A DNA stretch of 64,000 nt from Coraliomargarita sp. (lineage in GTDB: Bacteria; Verrucomicrobiota; Verrucomicrobiia; Opitutales; Coraliomargaritaceae), in NCBI GenBank assembly GCA_965216325.1, contig OZ244160.1, positions 1,088,001 to 1,152,000 of the forward strand, given 5' to 3'. Every line of letters starts with the position of its first letter. The first letter of the stretch is position 1. A model generated the notes under the pieces. It saw nothing but the letters and a program-made list of their open reading frames with translations, ran no database searches and was not told the origin of the DNA. This document shows positions 54,407 through 64,000 of the stretch, in pieces. The position numbers and the translations under genes were made by a program.

Positions 54407-56320
54407 GTGCGCCCGGCAGGGCGCACTTACTCGACAGTGATTATTAATGGAAATTGATGAAAGTCTGTTACTCGCCCGGCAAGGGGAAGAGTTAGCCGAA
54501 GGGCAACTGCGGCATCGCGAGGTGTTCGTGGGAAGGAAGCCTATGGCAAAGCACTGGCCTGACGAACAGGAATCGCATAAGAGGCGTTTGCGTTGGATGA
54601 GGAGGCACAGAACTTCAAAGTCCGAAACTTGCCCGGAAAGCGCAGGCGTATATGCGGCAGGCATAAGTGTGACGGTAAGTGCGCATTACCCGGGGAGGTC
54701 TCTGAACATGCTACTGGCTACCAGTGTCGCGAGGCACTGGGATGTGTTTAGAGAAGTCAGCCGAGATCATAGTAGCCTGCACAGGTCGCGGGCGAAGGAT
54801 CGAACCGAAGAACGACAACAAGGACTGAGACCATGAGCGAGAGCAGGGAAGCAGAAGCTGGCGGCACCACCCGTCAGACCCGCGTGGAAGGAACCGGACG
54901 GCATCTGGGGCGAGTCCATGCGGGCGCATCAAGCGCGCCATTGGCCTTGGAGAACCGAGTTGCTCACCAATACGACCTGATTCGACAGGTGACCGAGCGC
55001 GGCAATATCAAAGCCGCGTGGAAGAAAGTGCGCCGCAACGGCGGCAGAGCGGGCATCGACGAGCGCGACATGGAAGCCAGCCTGGCGTATCTAAATGCGC
55101 ACTGGGAGCAGATCGAATCGCAGTTGCTGACCGGGAGGTATCGTCCCCCGGCAGTGCTGCGTCTGGAGATCAAAAAGCCGGGCGGGGGCACCCGCAAGCT
55201 GGGCGTTCCCACGATCGTTGACCGTGTGTTGCAACAAGCGGCCTTGCAGATACTCAGCCCGATCTTCGACCCCCTGTTCAGCGAACACAGCTACGGGTTC
55301 CGCCCCGGACGCAGCGCAGGACAAGCGGTCGAACAGGCGCAAAAGTATCAGCACGAAGGCAAGAACTGGGTCGTGGACATGGACTTGAAGGCCTTCTTCG
55401 ACGAAGTGAACCACGACCTGCTGATGGCGCGGGTGCGCCGTCATGTGAAAGACAAAGCCATGCTCAAACTGATCCGCTCCTGGCTTAAAGCTGGAGTGAT
55501 GATCGGCGGGCTGGTTCAACCCACGGAGAAAGGCACGCCTCAGGGTGGGCCGCTCTCTCCACTGCTGTCCAACATCATGTTGGACGATCTGGATAAGGAA
55601 CTGGAGAAGCGCGGCCATAGCTTCTGCCGCTACGCGGACGACTGTAACATTTACGTCGCCACGCAGCGCAGCGGCGAGCGTGTGCTCGCTTCGATCACGA
55701 ACTATTTGGAGACCAAACTGAAGCTGAAGGTCAACCACCTCAAAAGCGCGGTGGATCGTCCGAGCCGCCGGATCTTCCTCGGCTACAGCTTCACTGGGGG
55801 CAAGCATAGCCGCATTCGCGTGCCCAAACAGACGACTCAAAAGATGAAGTCCAAGCTGCGGAAACTCTGCCGCAAAGGGCGCGGGCGCAACCTGCGCCGC
55901 TTCATCGCTGAGACGCTCAATCCAGTGCTACGCGGCTGGACGAACTACTTCCGCCTGAGTCAGACGAAAACCTTCGCCGGGGAACTGGACGAATGGTTGC
56001 GACATCGCTTGCGGTGCATCCTCTGGCGACAGTGGAAACGTCCCCACACCCGCTACAGGAAGCTGGTGCAGCTTGGGCTCAGCCCCGAATGTGCACGCAA
56101 AAGCAGCTACAACGGACGCGGGGCGTGGTTTAACAGCGGAGCCTCTCACATGAACCAAGCCCTCCCACGCAAAGCCTTCACGCAAATGAAGCTCCTATCT
56201 GTCTATGATTTGCTCGAATTGATGAGAGCCGAAATCCTTCTTCGGAACCGCCGTGATACGTGAACCGTACGTCCGGTGGTGTGAGAGCTTGGAGCGGGCA
56301 ACCGCTCCAAGCTACTCGAT
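54407..56320 (+). mobile_element. Group II intron, class IIC, copy 2
   Basis: Same sequence as 8170-10083 (offset 46237) apart from three substitutions seen near the 3' end. Confidence 0.93.
54833..56263 (+). CDS. ltrA: Group II intron reverse transcriptase/maturase
   Basis: Protein identical to 8596-10026; YADD. Confidence 0.96.
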   Translation: MSESREAEAGGTTRQTRVEGTGRHLGRVHAGASSAPLALENRVAHQYDLIRQVTERGNIKAAWKKVRRNGGRAGIDERDMEASLAYLNAHWEQIESQLLTGRYRPPAVLRLEIKKPGGGTRKLGVPTIVDRVLQQAALQILSPIFDPLFSEHSYGFRPGRSAGQAVEQAQKYQHEGKNWVVDMDLKAFFDEVNHDLLMARVRRHVKDKAMLKLIRSWLKAGVMIGGLVQPTEKGTPQGGPLSPLLSNIMLDDLDKELEKRGHSFCRYADDCNIYVATQRSGERVLASITNYLETKLKLKVNHLKSAVDRPSRRIFLGYSFTGGKHSRIRVPKQTTQKMKSKLRKLCRKGRGRNLRRFIAETLNPVLRGWTNYFRLSQTKTFAGELDEWLRHRLRCILWRQWKRPHTRYRKLVQLGLSPECARKSSYNGRGAWFNSGASHMNQALPRKAFTQMKLLSVYDLLELMRAEILLRNRRDT

Positions 56321-56370
56321 GCAAGGTTCAGTTGGAGATCCCCCGTTGAGCGCAGTTTGGTTTGCGGGGT

Positions 56371-57420
56371 TTACGAGCTTTTTCCCGCTTTCACACTTGG
56401 ACCGTTAACCCAGACGCTTTCAATTTGCACAATCTGTGGGAATTCGAGCGAACCGAATTCATTTTTCTGCAGCTGGCCGGCAACCAGATCAACGCCTGCG
56501 CGACCGACAACGCGATTGTTCTGGCGCATCCCAGCAATGTGGGGAATGCCATCATGCCAATCCAGATGAGCTAGGCCCAATTTGCGTGGAATTGAAACCC
56601 CTGCATCAGCCAGTGCGTCGTATAGCTCCGTCTTGTTCGTGATGACTACGTCCGGTTGCTGCTTGCTGATCGCTTCGATCGCTGCATCCAAATCTTCGAC
56701 GTCCAGAGGAAGTGGCACCAGAGTGTTATCCGGGCTTAACTGTCGGGTCGCGCTCATAAATCCAGCGCTGAATTTATCGTCTAGCAACTGGTCGTCCTCA
56801 GGAGGAACTGCGAGCATCGGCCGTTTATAGCCTAGGCTAAGGACCCGTTGTGTTGCACGGCGTGCCGTCAGGTATTGGTCGTTACTTGCACAATTCAGGT
56901 GGTCGTTGAAATGGGTCACCCCGATCACCGCACAGGCGAAACTAAACCAGAATTCCGCGTAACTCTCATGGATCTTATCCTTATCCAGTGATGCAATCAG
57001 AATCAGGCCGTGTATGCCCCGCGTCTGCAGAATTTGCTTCAAGCGCTGCGGCCGCATGTCCGGTTGGTGGAGCCAGAACTCTTCAATGCCATACCCGAGT
57101 TGCTCCGCCCGAGTCAGGACGCCCTGTCGTAGGCGCCGAAAGGTGTGATTCACGGAAAGGTTCTTGTGTGGCGAGCAGTTGATCAGCCCCAGGTTTGCTT
57201 GGAAATTGGGTTGTCGCCCGGCGCGAAGTTGAGCCATAAGCGAGTCCACTACGGGGTTGCGCTGGTAGCCCATCTGGTCGGCGATCTTCTGAATGCGCTC
57301 GCGCGTGGCTTCTGGAATCCGTGGATCGTTGCGTAATGCCAGCGACACGGCAGATTTGCTCACGCCGGCAGCGTCGGCGATTTGCTGCATATTGGGACGA
57401 GGCTTGTTTGATTTTGCCAT
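56371..57420 (-). CDS. LacI-family transcriptional regulator
   Basis: MQQIADAAGVSKSAVSLALR HTH, MGYQRNP hinge, periplasmic-binding-protein-like C-terminal domain. Confidence 0.92.
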   Translation of the reverse strand: MAKSNKPRPNMQQIADAAGVSKSAVSLALRNDPRIPEATRERIQKIADQMGYQRNPVVDSLMAQLRAGRQPNFQANLGLINCSPHKNLSVNHTFRRLRQGVLTRAEQLGYGIEEFWLHQPDMRPQRLKQILQTRGIHGLILIASLDKDKIHESYAEFWFSFACAVIGVTHFNDHLNCASNDQYLTARRATQRVLSLGYKRPMLAVPPEDDQLLDDKFSAGFMSATRQLSPDNTLVPLPLDVEDLDAAIEAISKQQPDVVITNKTELYDALADAGVSIPRKLGLAHLDWHDGIPHIAGMRQNNRVVGRAGVDLVAGQLQKNEFGSLEFPQIVQIESVWVNGPSVKAGKSS

Positions 57421-57421
57421 A

Positions 57422-57521
57422 TTCGACAGTTGAACTTAGCTACGCTAGCCCTGCAAGTAAAGGGTATATTCAACAGTTGAGTTGTCGCAAGTAATCGCAA
57501 TTCGGTCGTTGAACTGTTGAA
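57422..57521. promoter_or_regulatory. Three candidate operators between the LacI gene and the giant hydrolase
   Basis: ttcgacagttgaa (57422), ttcaacagttgag (57469), ttgaactgttgaa (57509); each 1 mismatch from TTCAAC-N-GTTGAA. Confidence 0.7.
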
Positions 57522-57610
57522 TCCCCCTGACGCTTTCGCTGATATGTATTTGATCTAGTCTGCCTTCCAATCTGCTCCAGATCGCGTATACTAGTATCTC
57601 CCCTGTTCAC

Positions 57611-60600
57611 ATGCCCCGAATTCGACTACTCTTGCTCCTGCTCCTGATTTGCAAACTCGCTACAGGCGAGGCGATGCTGCAGTATTTCAATACTAGCTGG
57701 GCAGAGATTACCCGTAAGATGCCGGAGTTGGCTGAGGCCGGTTATTCGTCCTTGTGGCTCCCTCCCCCAACCAAGGGTAGCGGTGGATTATCGGTCGGGT
57801 ATGACATGTGGGACCCCTTTGACCTTGGCAGCAAAGACCAGCGCGGGTCGGTGCGAACCCGCTATGGCACCGAAGCCGAACTTCTTGAGCTCGTAGAAAC
57901 GGCCCACCGCTTCGGCATTCGTGTGTATTTTGATAACATCATGAATCACCGGGCCTTTGATATCCCCGGCTTTAACGAGACGACACCGATTGACATCTAT
58001 CCTGGACTGGTTCCCGAAGACTTCCACCTGCGCCGCACTCAAGAGGGGTTTTATCGTAAGTGGGATAACACCCGTGATTGGAACAGTGCATGGCAGGTGC
58101 AGAACCTCGGACTCGCCGATCTGATTGATATCGCTCAGGAGCCCGGCACGACTAATCTGAATTTTGGCGAAACCGAAGGTAGCACCTTTCCAAAGATTAA
58201 ATTCATTCGAGACTATGAGCGGCCCGAGCACTACGCCTATGACAAGGATGGCAATTATGTTGGCTTTGGTGGTTTGCTGCCACTGGCAGAGGGCTTATTG
58301 AATGACGAGGGCAATCCAAGCCCGAGTGATGTTCAAATTAAAGTTCGCGCACAGCAATATCTGTCCGACAACGCAGGTGTATACGAAGAGTATGTCGAAG
58401 ACTACCTCCATCGCGCTGCTCGCTGGAAGATGGACCGCACCAAGGCCGACGGCCTTCGCCTAGACGCGGTAAAACACATCCGTGCTGATTTCTTCGGCGC
58501 AACCTTTGGTGCGGACAAAGACAGCAGCGATTACGGCTATCTCGGTCAGGTTCAACGTCAGTTCAACATCACCCGCGGCTTTAGCGACGCAAATCATCGC
58601 GACACTGTCTTTGAAACTGAAAATCCACGCGACGATGCGATGGTCTTTGGTGAGCACCTTGGAGAACCCCCAGGCTATAGCCCCTACGTCGATGCGGGCA
58701 TGCGCCTAGTCGATAATCCCTTGCGGCAACAGTTCAATGACCGTCTCGGAAGCCCGTGGAACGGCTTGAATGGATTTGACAACCCCGGCTGGGGTGGTTT
58801 TGCGCCAAGCGTCGCGGTCATGCACGCGCAGAGTCACGACAATGATTACGCCTCACGAAGAGAACTCCAGCATGCCATGTATTTTACTCGCGCGGGTCTG
58901 GGGCTCCTCTATACCGACGGGAACTATCAAGCGGAGACACTTGGTGAATCCGGCGGTGCGTTCCCGCGCCACTCGAACACATCCTTCTTAGGCCAGTGGG
59001 ATGATGATCGAGTGCCGAACATTCTGTATATCCACGAGCAATTTGCCCGCGGTTACCAGCAAGGCAAGTGGTCGGACGACGATGTTGTCATCTACGAGCG
59101 CGTCGACAAGCGTGAGAACGGGGGCATGAGCGATGCCGACGGCGTCACCATGCTGTTCATGCTGAATGACAACTATGCAACCGGCCATGGCCGCAACTTT
59201 ACCACCAGCTTCCCAAGCACTGCGGGGGGCTCGGACGCCTACCTCTACAATTACTCCAGCTATGGCGGAGGTTTTTACACCTACGCATCGAACATCGTAA
59301 ATGGTTCTACTGTGATCCCTGCGGGTGGCTACTTCGTCTTCTCTTGGAAAAACCCGGATCCATCCAATCTATGGCAGAATTCTGACGGTCGCCCCATTAC
59401 GATCTATCAAGATGGCGTTGAAGTCGGCACGGTGGATGTGCTGCGTCGCGATGGCCCGAACGGCGATGCCGACTTCCATGGCGATACCCTTCCCTTTAGC
59501 GCACGTCCCATCATCAGCAACCCGGAGAGTGATGACTACGCTTACACCGCAACCATCCCACGCATCACGGACGGAACCCAAGTGCGCTTCGTGTCTCGTA
59601 GTGATGGGTCGACGGAGAACGTTCTAATGCGTCTTGATGGTGGCGTTGATCTGAATGATATCAATCACTCCGGTGGCGATCCGCGGGATAATCCACCAGC
59701 ACTCGCAACCGATTTGTTCCTCGGCTATGAGCAGGTAAGTTTCGTGGATCGGATTGGCCCCGAGAAATTCGCTGCGATTGATACCGCGCGTTGTATCTTT
59801 GGTTCTGCAGGTGCGGAAACTTACGAAGCTGGCGCAGCAACAACTGACGGCTTCGGCGCAAACCCGCAGGATGGCGATGCAGCGACTTTTGTCTTTCATG
59901 ATCCCACCGCGAACTTCGAAGGATGGGTTCCACTCGATGGCTCCCTTGCGACTGCGACACAACTGGATCAGTCCGGTGGATCGACAATTATCTGGGCGAA
60001 GACCAACAGCGTTGGTGCAGGCTTCAAGGCATATGTCTACTACACAACGGATGGATCGAACCCAGAAGGTGCAGCTGGCTGGGGCCGTGGCACCACGCGG
60101 GTTGAGGAAGCCTTCTACGTAGAGCCTAATACTGCTGGCGGCGACAACTGGTGGCGCGCGGAAATCGACCCAACACCAGCGGGAGCACTTAAATACAAAA
60201 TCGGCGTCTATAAGAGCGGTCTTTCCAGTATCTTTCCAAGCGGAGCATCTGAAGTCGCTCGCAAGGGCAATATGATGACGATTTTCGAAACTTCCGAGCG
60301 TGACCTCACTTCGGTAACGGTTCGCCCTCACGCGGACTATGGTGCTTCCGAAACAGGCCTAAAAGAAGGCATGCACATCATCACCGCACGCACCTTCCTG
60401 CAACGCCCGAACCGCGCCTCAATCTACAACACCTTCAAGCAAACTTTCTACTACGACACAGAGCGCCCTCAGGGTGAAGTCCGATTCCCGGAAAACAATG
60501 GTGACCAAGTTGGTGGCTCAAGTTACAGAGTTGTTGTGCGCACCGACGCAACAGTCGAAGAGGTCTGGTATCGTATTGAGGATTCGGATACGAGCAATGA

Positions 60601-63600
60601 CGACATCGAGACTGGCGCTTCAAACGGAAATGGTGTTGGCTTCGAGCCATTCATTGACGCCGATCAAGATGGCACTCGCGACGAAGGCGAAAGCTACGAA
60701 GACCTCAACGGCAACGGAGCTTGGGATAATAACCTGACCGAAAATTGGGCCCGCGCCTCTGAACTCACTCCAAGCCTGAGTGTCGAACCTTCCGATTCCA
60801 GCTACCGCAAGGAATGGCGTTTCGATTACGTGAACATTCCTCCGACAGGCAGTGCAGACATTAAGGTCCGCTTACGCGAGTTATCTTCCAGCGAGTTTGT
60901 CGACTTTAGCCTGAGTGATGCGGATGGTCATTACACCACGCTGACTCGCACAGTGAATACCGCGGGACCAAACGAACGCATGTTCATCGCCTTCCCCGGG
61001 CAGGATCGTCAGGTTGTAAGCGATGACTACATTATGAAGGTCTACTTCACGAAGTCGCTAGCGGATGGTTTGAGCGAGCAACAACTCATTGATCGCTTCC
61101 TAATTACGATTGGTTCTACTGAACCGGGAGATGCCGGCGTCACCCAAAGCCGTGACGATTACTCGATCGTTTATAACGAAACCAGCGAGTATCATGCCTT
61201 AGCCTTTGATCTGCCGAATCTCTACAACGACATTCCGGAATACGACCATAAGATTGTCGTTAGCCACGATCGGCCATCGCCTGCAACTGACTTCGAGGCA
61301 ACCCGAATTGTGCGTGCCTTACCGGTCACGACTCCTCGTGTCCTGATCGTTAACCCTCCCGAACTCGGACCCGACGGTCGTCCATTTGACATTATTCTCC
61401 CTGACGTCGCGAATCCAGCACCGGAAGATCGTCAGTTTACGATTCAAGTGGCTACCAATCTAGATGCGACCAATGTGACGCTCAACTTTGTTGACTTGAA
61501 GGGCAGCCTTATCGCCGCTCCGACGACCTTCGATGAAGGCAGCAGCAAATTCTGGAATTTCATCTGGTCGGATATGGTCGAAGGCAGCTTCCGCTTCACT
61601 GCGACAGTCACTGCTCCTGGTGGCTCCGCAACTGCAGACAGAAACACCACCGTCATCTTCCGAGAGAAAGTCGAGGAAGATGAGCTCGACGCTGATGACG
61701 ATGACGACGGACTCCTCGACATTGACGAAAATACTGCGCAAGTCTTCCCAAACCAAAGTCCGGATGGTGGAATCACCCCACCCGCCAAGCCGAACCCTGA
61801 GCAATGGACCAACGGCGAAGTGCACATCGTCTACGCTTATGGAAAATCCAGTCCGACCTCACCTGATACCGACGGTGATGGCTTACCGGATGGGCTTGAA
61901 GTCGGTTGGCGCAACACCAGCGGTGATCCTCCGACTGATGTTGTCGCAGATACCGACGGCGATGGATACCCGAATTTCATCGGCGACCTCGATCCGCCAT
62001 TCTTCAATACGCTGGATAACTTCGGTAGTGTGCCGGATGTCGACAGTCAGAGCTTAGGTGGTGACCGCGGCAAGCAAGTCGCAGGCACCATGACGGACCC
62101 ATCCAATCCAGACTCCGACTACGACGGCATTTCCGATGGTGTGGAGGATGCGAACCGCAACGGCTGGGTTGATGGTGATGGCGAGATTATCCCCGTCGAC
62201 TTCAACCCTTGGCTCGGACGCGACTGGCCTGATGGCGTCATCGACCCAGGTGAGACATGGACCGAAACCGATCCGAATAACAGCGATACAGACGGTGACG
62301 GTGCCAGCGATGGCTACGGCGAGGACAAGAACTTCGACGGTGTTATTGAGGGCGACATCAGCGGCGACCGTATTTACAACTCAGGTGAAGAATGGTCTGA
62401 AACGGACCCTCTCAACGCCGACACCGACGGTGATGGACTGCCCGACGGTTGGGAAATCGACAATGGCCTCGATCCGCTGGATAATGGGACCGATAACTTA
62501 CGGACCGCTGCTGCAGCCGATGGCGATCCAAACCAAGGTGGCTTAGGTGACCCAGATGGTGATACCTTTACCAATGCGCAAGAATTGGTGAACGGCACCC
62601 GCCCTCGAGTGGACGACAATGTGCCACCACCGCCGGCCAACTCGATCATCATCGGTCCAGGCGGCGACGACTCTGTTGGTAAAGCCGGGAATCTGAACGA
62701 GTTCACCGATTGGACGATTGATGACCTTCTTGTCCTCGACGAATACGATGGCAATGGCACCAACAATCAAGGCACCGACATATACAAAGCCTACGACGGC
62801 TTTGACAGCTCGCGTGACATTGTCGCGTTCTACTTCCGCGATGGCGGTGGTGATGGAAAACTCTACTTCCGCCTCGACATGCACGACCTGCAAGCCTTCG
62901 CCGAAGAAGGTAACCTAGATGCCTATGTTGTCATCGACACCGGCAACACTGCTGTCGGTGAATCCGCGCTCCCTGAAGCGGTCGACACGCGCACTGAAAT
63001 GAAGTGGGAACTTGTCGTTGCGGTCTATCAGGCAGACAATGGGGCCGTCTATATCGACACTGACTCCGGAGACAACACCACAGTAATTGGTGAAGACCTG
63101 TTCAGCAAGGGTGTCGTTCGCCGCACGCAGGCAGACGCAAATGGCTTTGGCCAGGCTTACTTCAATTCCGAACTCGATGCCTTTGAGTTCTCGATCAGTC
63201 GCCAAGCACTGCTGGACGCTGGCTGGAACGGCAACGCAGATACCTTGAACTTTCAAGTTTACACCGTTCGCGATGGTATCGACAACAGTGGCCCGGGCCT
63301 CGGTGACATTGGCGGACGTAGTGACATTCGTGATACGATCTACGATGACTTTATCGCCTCTGCTTATTTCAGGGACCAAAGCAGCATTGGCGGTGATAAG
63401 AGCGTTCTCTACAGCTGGTTTAGTCGTAGTGGCGCGAATGATCGTGGCAAGCGCGCTAAAGTGGCCTTGCTGACTCATGGCAACCAACCAATCCGTTCCG
63501 CGAATGAAATGCACCTGCGTATCAACGATGGTTCCGGTGCTGGCTACTACCGAATGGTCGATGCCCATGAAGCCTTTAATCGTCCTGTTAATCTACACAT

Positions 63601-64000
63601 TACGCCCACACTTGCATCCGCCCTACAATGGGCAAAGGTCGATCCTGCTGTCAGTAAACCATGGTTGGATGGCCCCACACTGAACAGCCGTATCAGTGGA
63701 CTATTGCTTTCCGATAATGCAATGCTGTTTGGCACTACCTTTGGCGACCAAGTCGTGCCATTTGCGCCGACCAGCTTTACTCAAGATAGTGTCGATTTAG
63801 CCGATGAAGTGTTAACGTCCGTTTACAGCACTGCTCCATCGAGCACAGTCTTTTGGCCAGCCGAGCGTGTTGTCGATGATGGCGTGCTGGCAACTGTTCA
63901 GGCCATGGGCTACAGCCACACGGTTGTGGATCAAATGCGCCATTTCTTCAAATGGTTTGGCCGCACTGAAGCACTCGGCCAAGCCGGCTATCAGATCAAC
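57611..64000 (+). CDS. Giant secreted GH13 + Asp-rich repeat + GH57 multidomain hydrolase (partial, at least 2130 aa; not in the ORF track)
   Basis: Own translation: MPRIRLLLLLLL signal; LWLPPP, VGYD..DPFDLG, RYGTEAEL, DNIMNH, DGLRLDAVKH (58448), VFGEH, QSHD; DTDGDG repeats; same frame gives HGNQP (63476), NLHITPTL, FWPAERV (63851), TVVDQ; the track lists no closed ORF in this frame. Confidence 0.92.
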   Translation, partial: MPRIRLLLLLLLICKLATGEAMLQYFNTSWAEITRKMPELAEAGYSSLWLPPPTKGSGGLSVGYDMWDPFDLGSKDQRGSVRTRYGTEAELLELVETAHRFGIRVYFDNIMNHRAFDIPGFNETTPIDIYPGLVPEDFHLRRTQEGFYRKWDNTRDWNSAWQVQNLGLADLIDIAQEPGTTNLNFGETEGSTFPKIKFIRDYERPEHYAYDKDGNYVGFGGLLPLAEGLLNDEGNPSPSDVQIKVRAQQYLSDNAGVYEEYVEDYLHRAARWKMDRTKADGLRLDAVKHIRADFFGATFGADKDSSDYGYLGQVQRQFNITRGFSDANHRDTVFETENPRDDAMVFGEHLGEPPGYSPYVDAGMRLVDNPLRQQFNDRLGSPWNGLNGFDNPGWGGFAPSVAVMHAQSHDNDYASRRELQHAMYFTRAGLGLLYTDGNYQAETLGESGGAFPRHSNTSFLGQWDDDRVPNILYIHEQFARGYQQGKWSDDDVVIYERVDKRENGGMSDADGVTMLFMLNDNYATGHGRNFTTSFPSTAGGSDAYLYNYSSYGGGFYTYASNIVNGSTVIPAGGYFVFSWKNPDPSNLWQNSDGRPITIYQDGVEVGTVDVLRRDGPNGDADFHGDTLPFSARPIISNPESDDYAYTATIPRITDGTQVRFVSRSDGSTENVLMRLDGGVDLNDINHSGGDPRDNPPALATDLFLGYEQVSFVDRIGPEKFAAIDTARCIFGSAGAETYEAGAATTDGFGANPQDGDAATFVFHDPTANFEGWVPLDGSLATATQLDQSGGSTIIWAKTNSVGAGFKAYVYYTTDGSNPEGAAGWGRGTTRVEEAFYVEPNTAGGDNWWRAEIDPTPAGALKYKIGVYKSGLSSIFPSGASEVARKGNMMTIFETSERDLTSVTVRPHADYGASETGLKEGMHIITARTFLQRPNRASIYNTFKQTFYYDTERPQGEVRFPENNGDQVGGSSYRVVVRTDATVEEVWYRIEDSDTSNDDIETGASNGNGVGFEPFIDADQDGTRDEGESYEDLNGNGAWDNNLTENWARASELTPSLSVEPSDSSYRKEWRFDYVNIPPTGSADIKVRLRELSSSEFVDFSLSDADGHYTTLTRTVNTAGPNERMFIAFPGQDRQVVSDDYIMKVYFTKSLADGLSEQQLIDRFLITIGSTEPGDAGVTQSRDDYSIVYNETSEYHALAFDLPNLYNDIPEYDHKIVVSHDRPSPATDFEATRIVRALPVTTPRVLIVNPPELGPDGRPFDIILPDVANPAPEDRQFTIQVATNLDATNVTLNFVDLKGSLIAAPTTFDEGSSKFWNFIWSDMVEGSFRFTATVTAPGGSATADRNTTVIFREKVEEDELDADDDDDGLLDIDENTAQVFPNQSPDGGITPPAKPNPEQWTNGEVHIVYAYGKSSPTSPDTDGDGLPDGLEVGWRNTSGDPPTDVVADTDGDGYPNFIGDLDPPFFNTLDNFGSVPDVDSQSLGGDRGKQVAGTMTDPSNPDSDYDGISDGVEDANRNGWVDGDGEIIPVDFNPWLGRDWPDGVIDPGETWTETDPNNSDTDGDGASDGYGEDKNFDGVIEGDISGDRIYNSGEEWSETDPLNADTDGDGLPDGWEIDNGLDPLDNGTDNLRTAAAADGDPNQGGLGDPDGDTFTNAQELVNGTRPRVDDNVPPPPANSIIIGPGGDDSVGKAGNLNEFTDWTIDDLLVLDEYDGNGTNNQGTDIYKAYDGFDSSRDIVAFYFRDGGGDGKLYFRLDMHDLQAFAEEGNLDAYVVIDTGNTAVGESALPEAVDTRTEMKWELVVAVYQADNGAVYIDTDSGDNTTVIGEDLFSKGVVRRTQADANGFGQAYFNSELDAFEFSISRQALLDAGWNGNADTLNFQVYTVRDGIDNSGPGLGDIGGRSDIRDTIYDDFIASAYFRDQSSIGGDKSVLYSWFSRSGANDRGKRAKVALLTHGNQPIRSANEMHLRINDGSGAGYYRMVDAHEAFNRPVNLHITPTLASALQWAKVDPAVSKPWLDGPTLNSRISGLLLSDNAMLFGTTFGDQVVPFAPTSFTQDSVDLADEVLTSVYSTAPSSTVFWPAERVVDDGVLATVQAMGYSHTVVDQMRHFFKWFGRTEALGQAGYQIN

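Noticed and set aside
54381..54445. tgattatta present both in the target terminator and near the intron 5' end
   Set aside because: Absent from the copy 1 target; a short AT-rich match, likely chance
57788..63735. Many short ORFs on both strands in the track
   Set aside because: Shadow frames of the single giant plus-strand gene starting at 57611

Overview
Bacterial chromosomal window, most likely Verrucomicrobiota/Opitutales-like; this is inferred from the PEP-CTERM proteins, the LacI subtype and the repeat style. Most of 1-45 kb is housekeeping: gyrB end and gyrA, purC, three tRNA-Glu, manA, truC, a two-component pair, rsfS, nadD, sufS/sufU, ilvB, aguA/aguB, hisG, argH, mutL and nucleoside salvage genes. 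Mobile DNA consists of two near-identical class IIC group II introns, each inserted just after an intrinsic terminator, and an IS110-family element. The IS110 sits at the head of a GTAG-type REP, and its 3' non-coding end carries segments matching both its target and its own circle junction (candidate bridge RNA). From 44.9 kb to the window end is an alpha-glucan utilisation locus: MFS sugar permease, GH77, a secreted enzyme with two GH13 domains, two PEP-CTERM proteins, a LacI regulator with seven copies of a TTCAAC-N-GTTGAA motif, and a giant (at least 2130 aa) secreted GH13 + Asp-rich repeat + GH57 fusion. The giant gene is missing from the ORF track because it runs off the window. Other oddities are a collapsed RND efflux operon, a MutL with degenerate endonuclease motifs and an amidase homolog lacking its catalytic triad.
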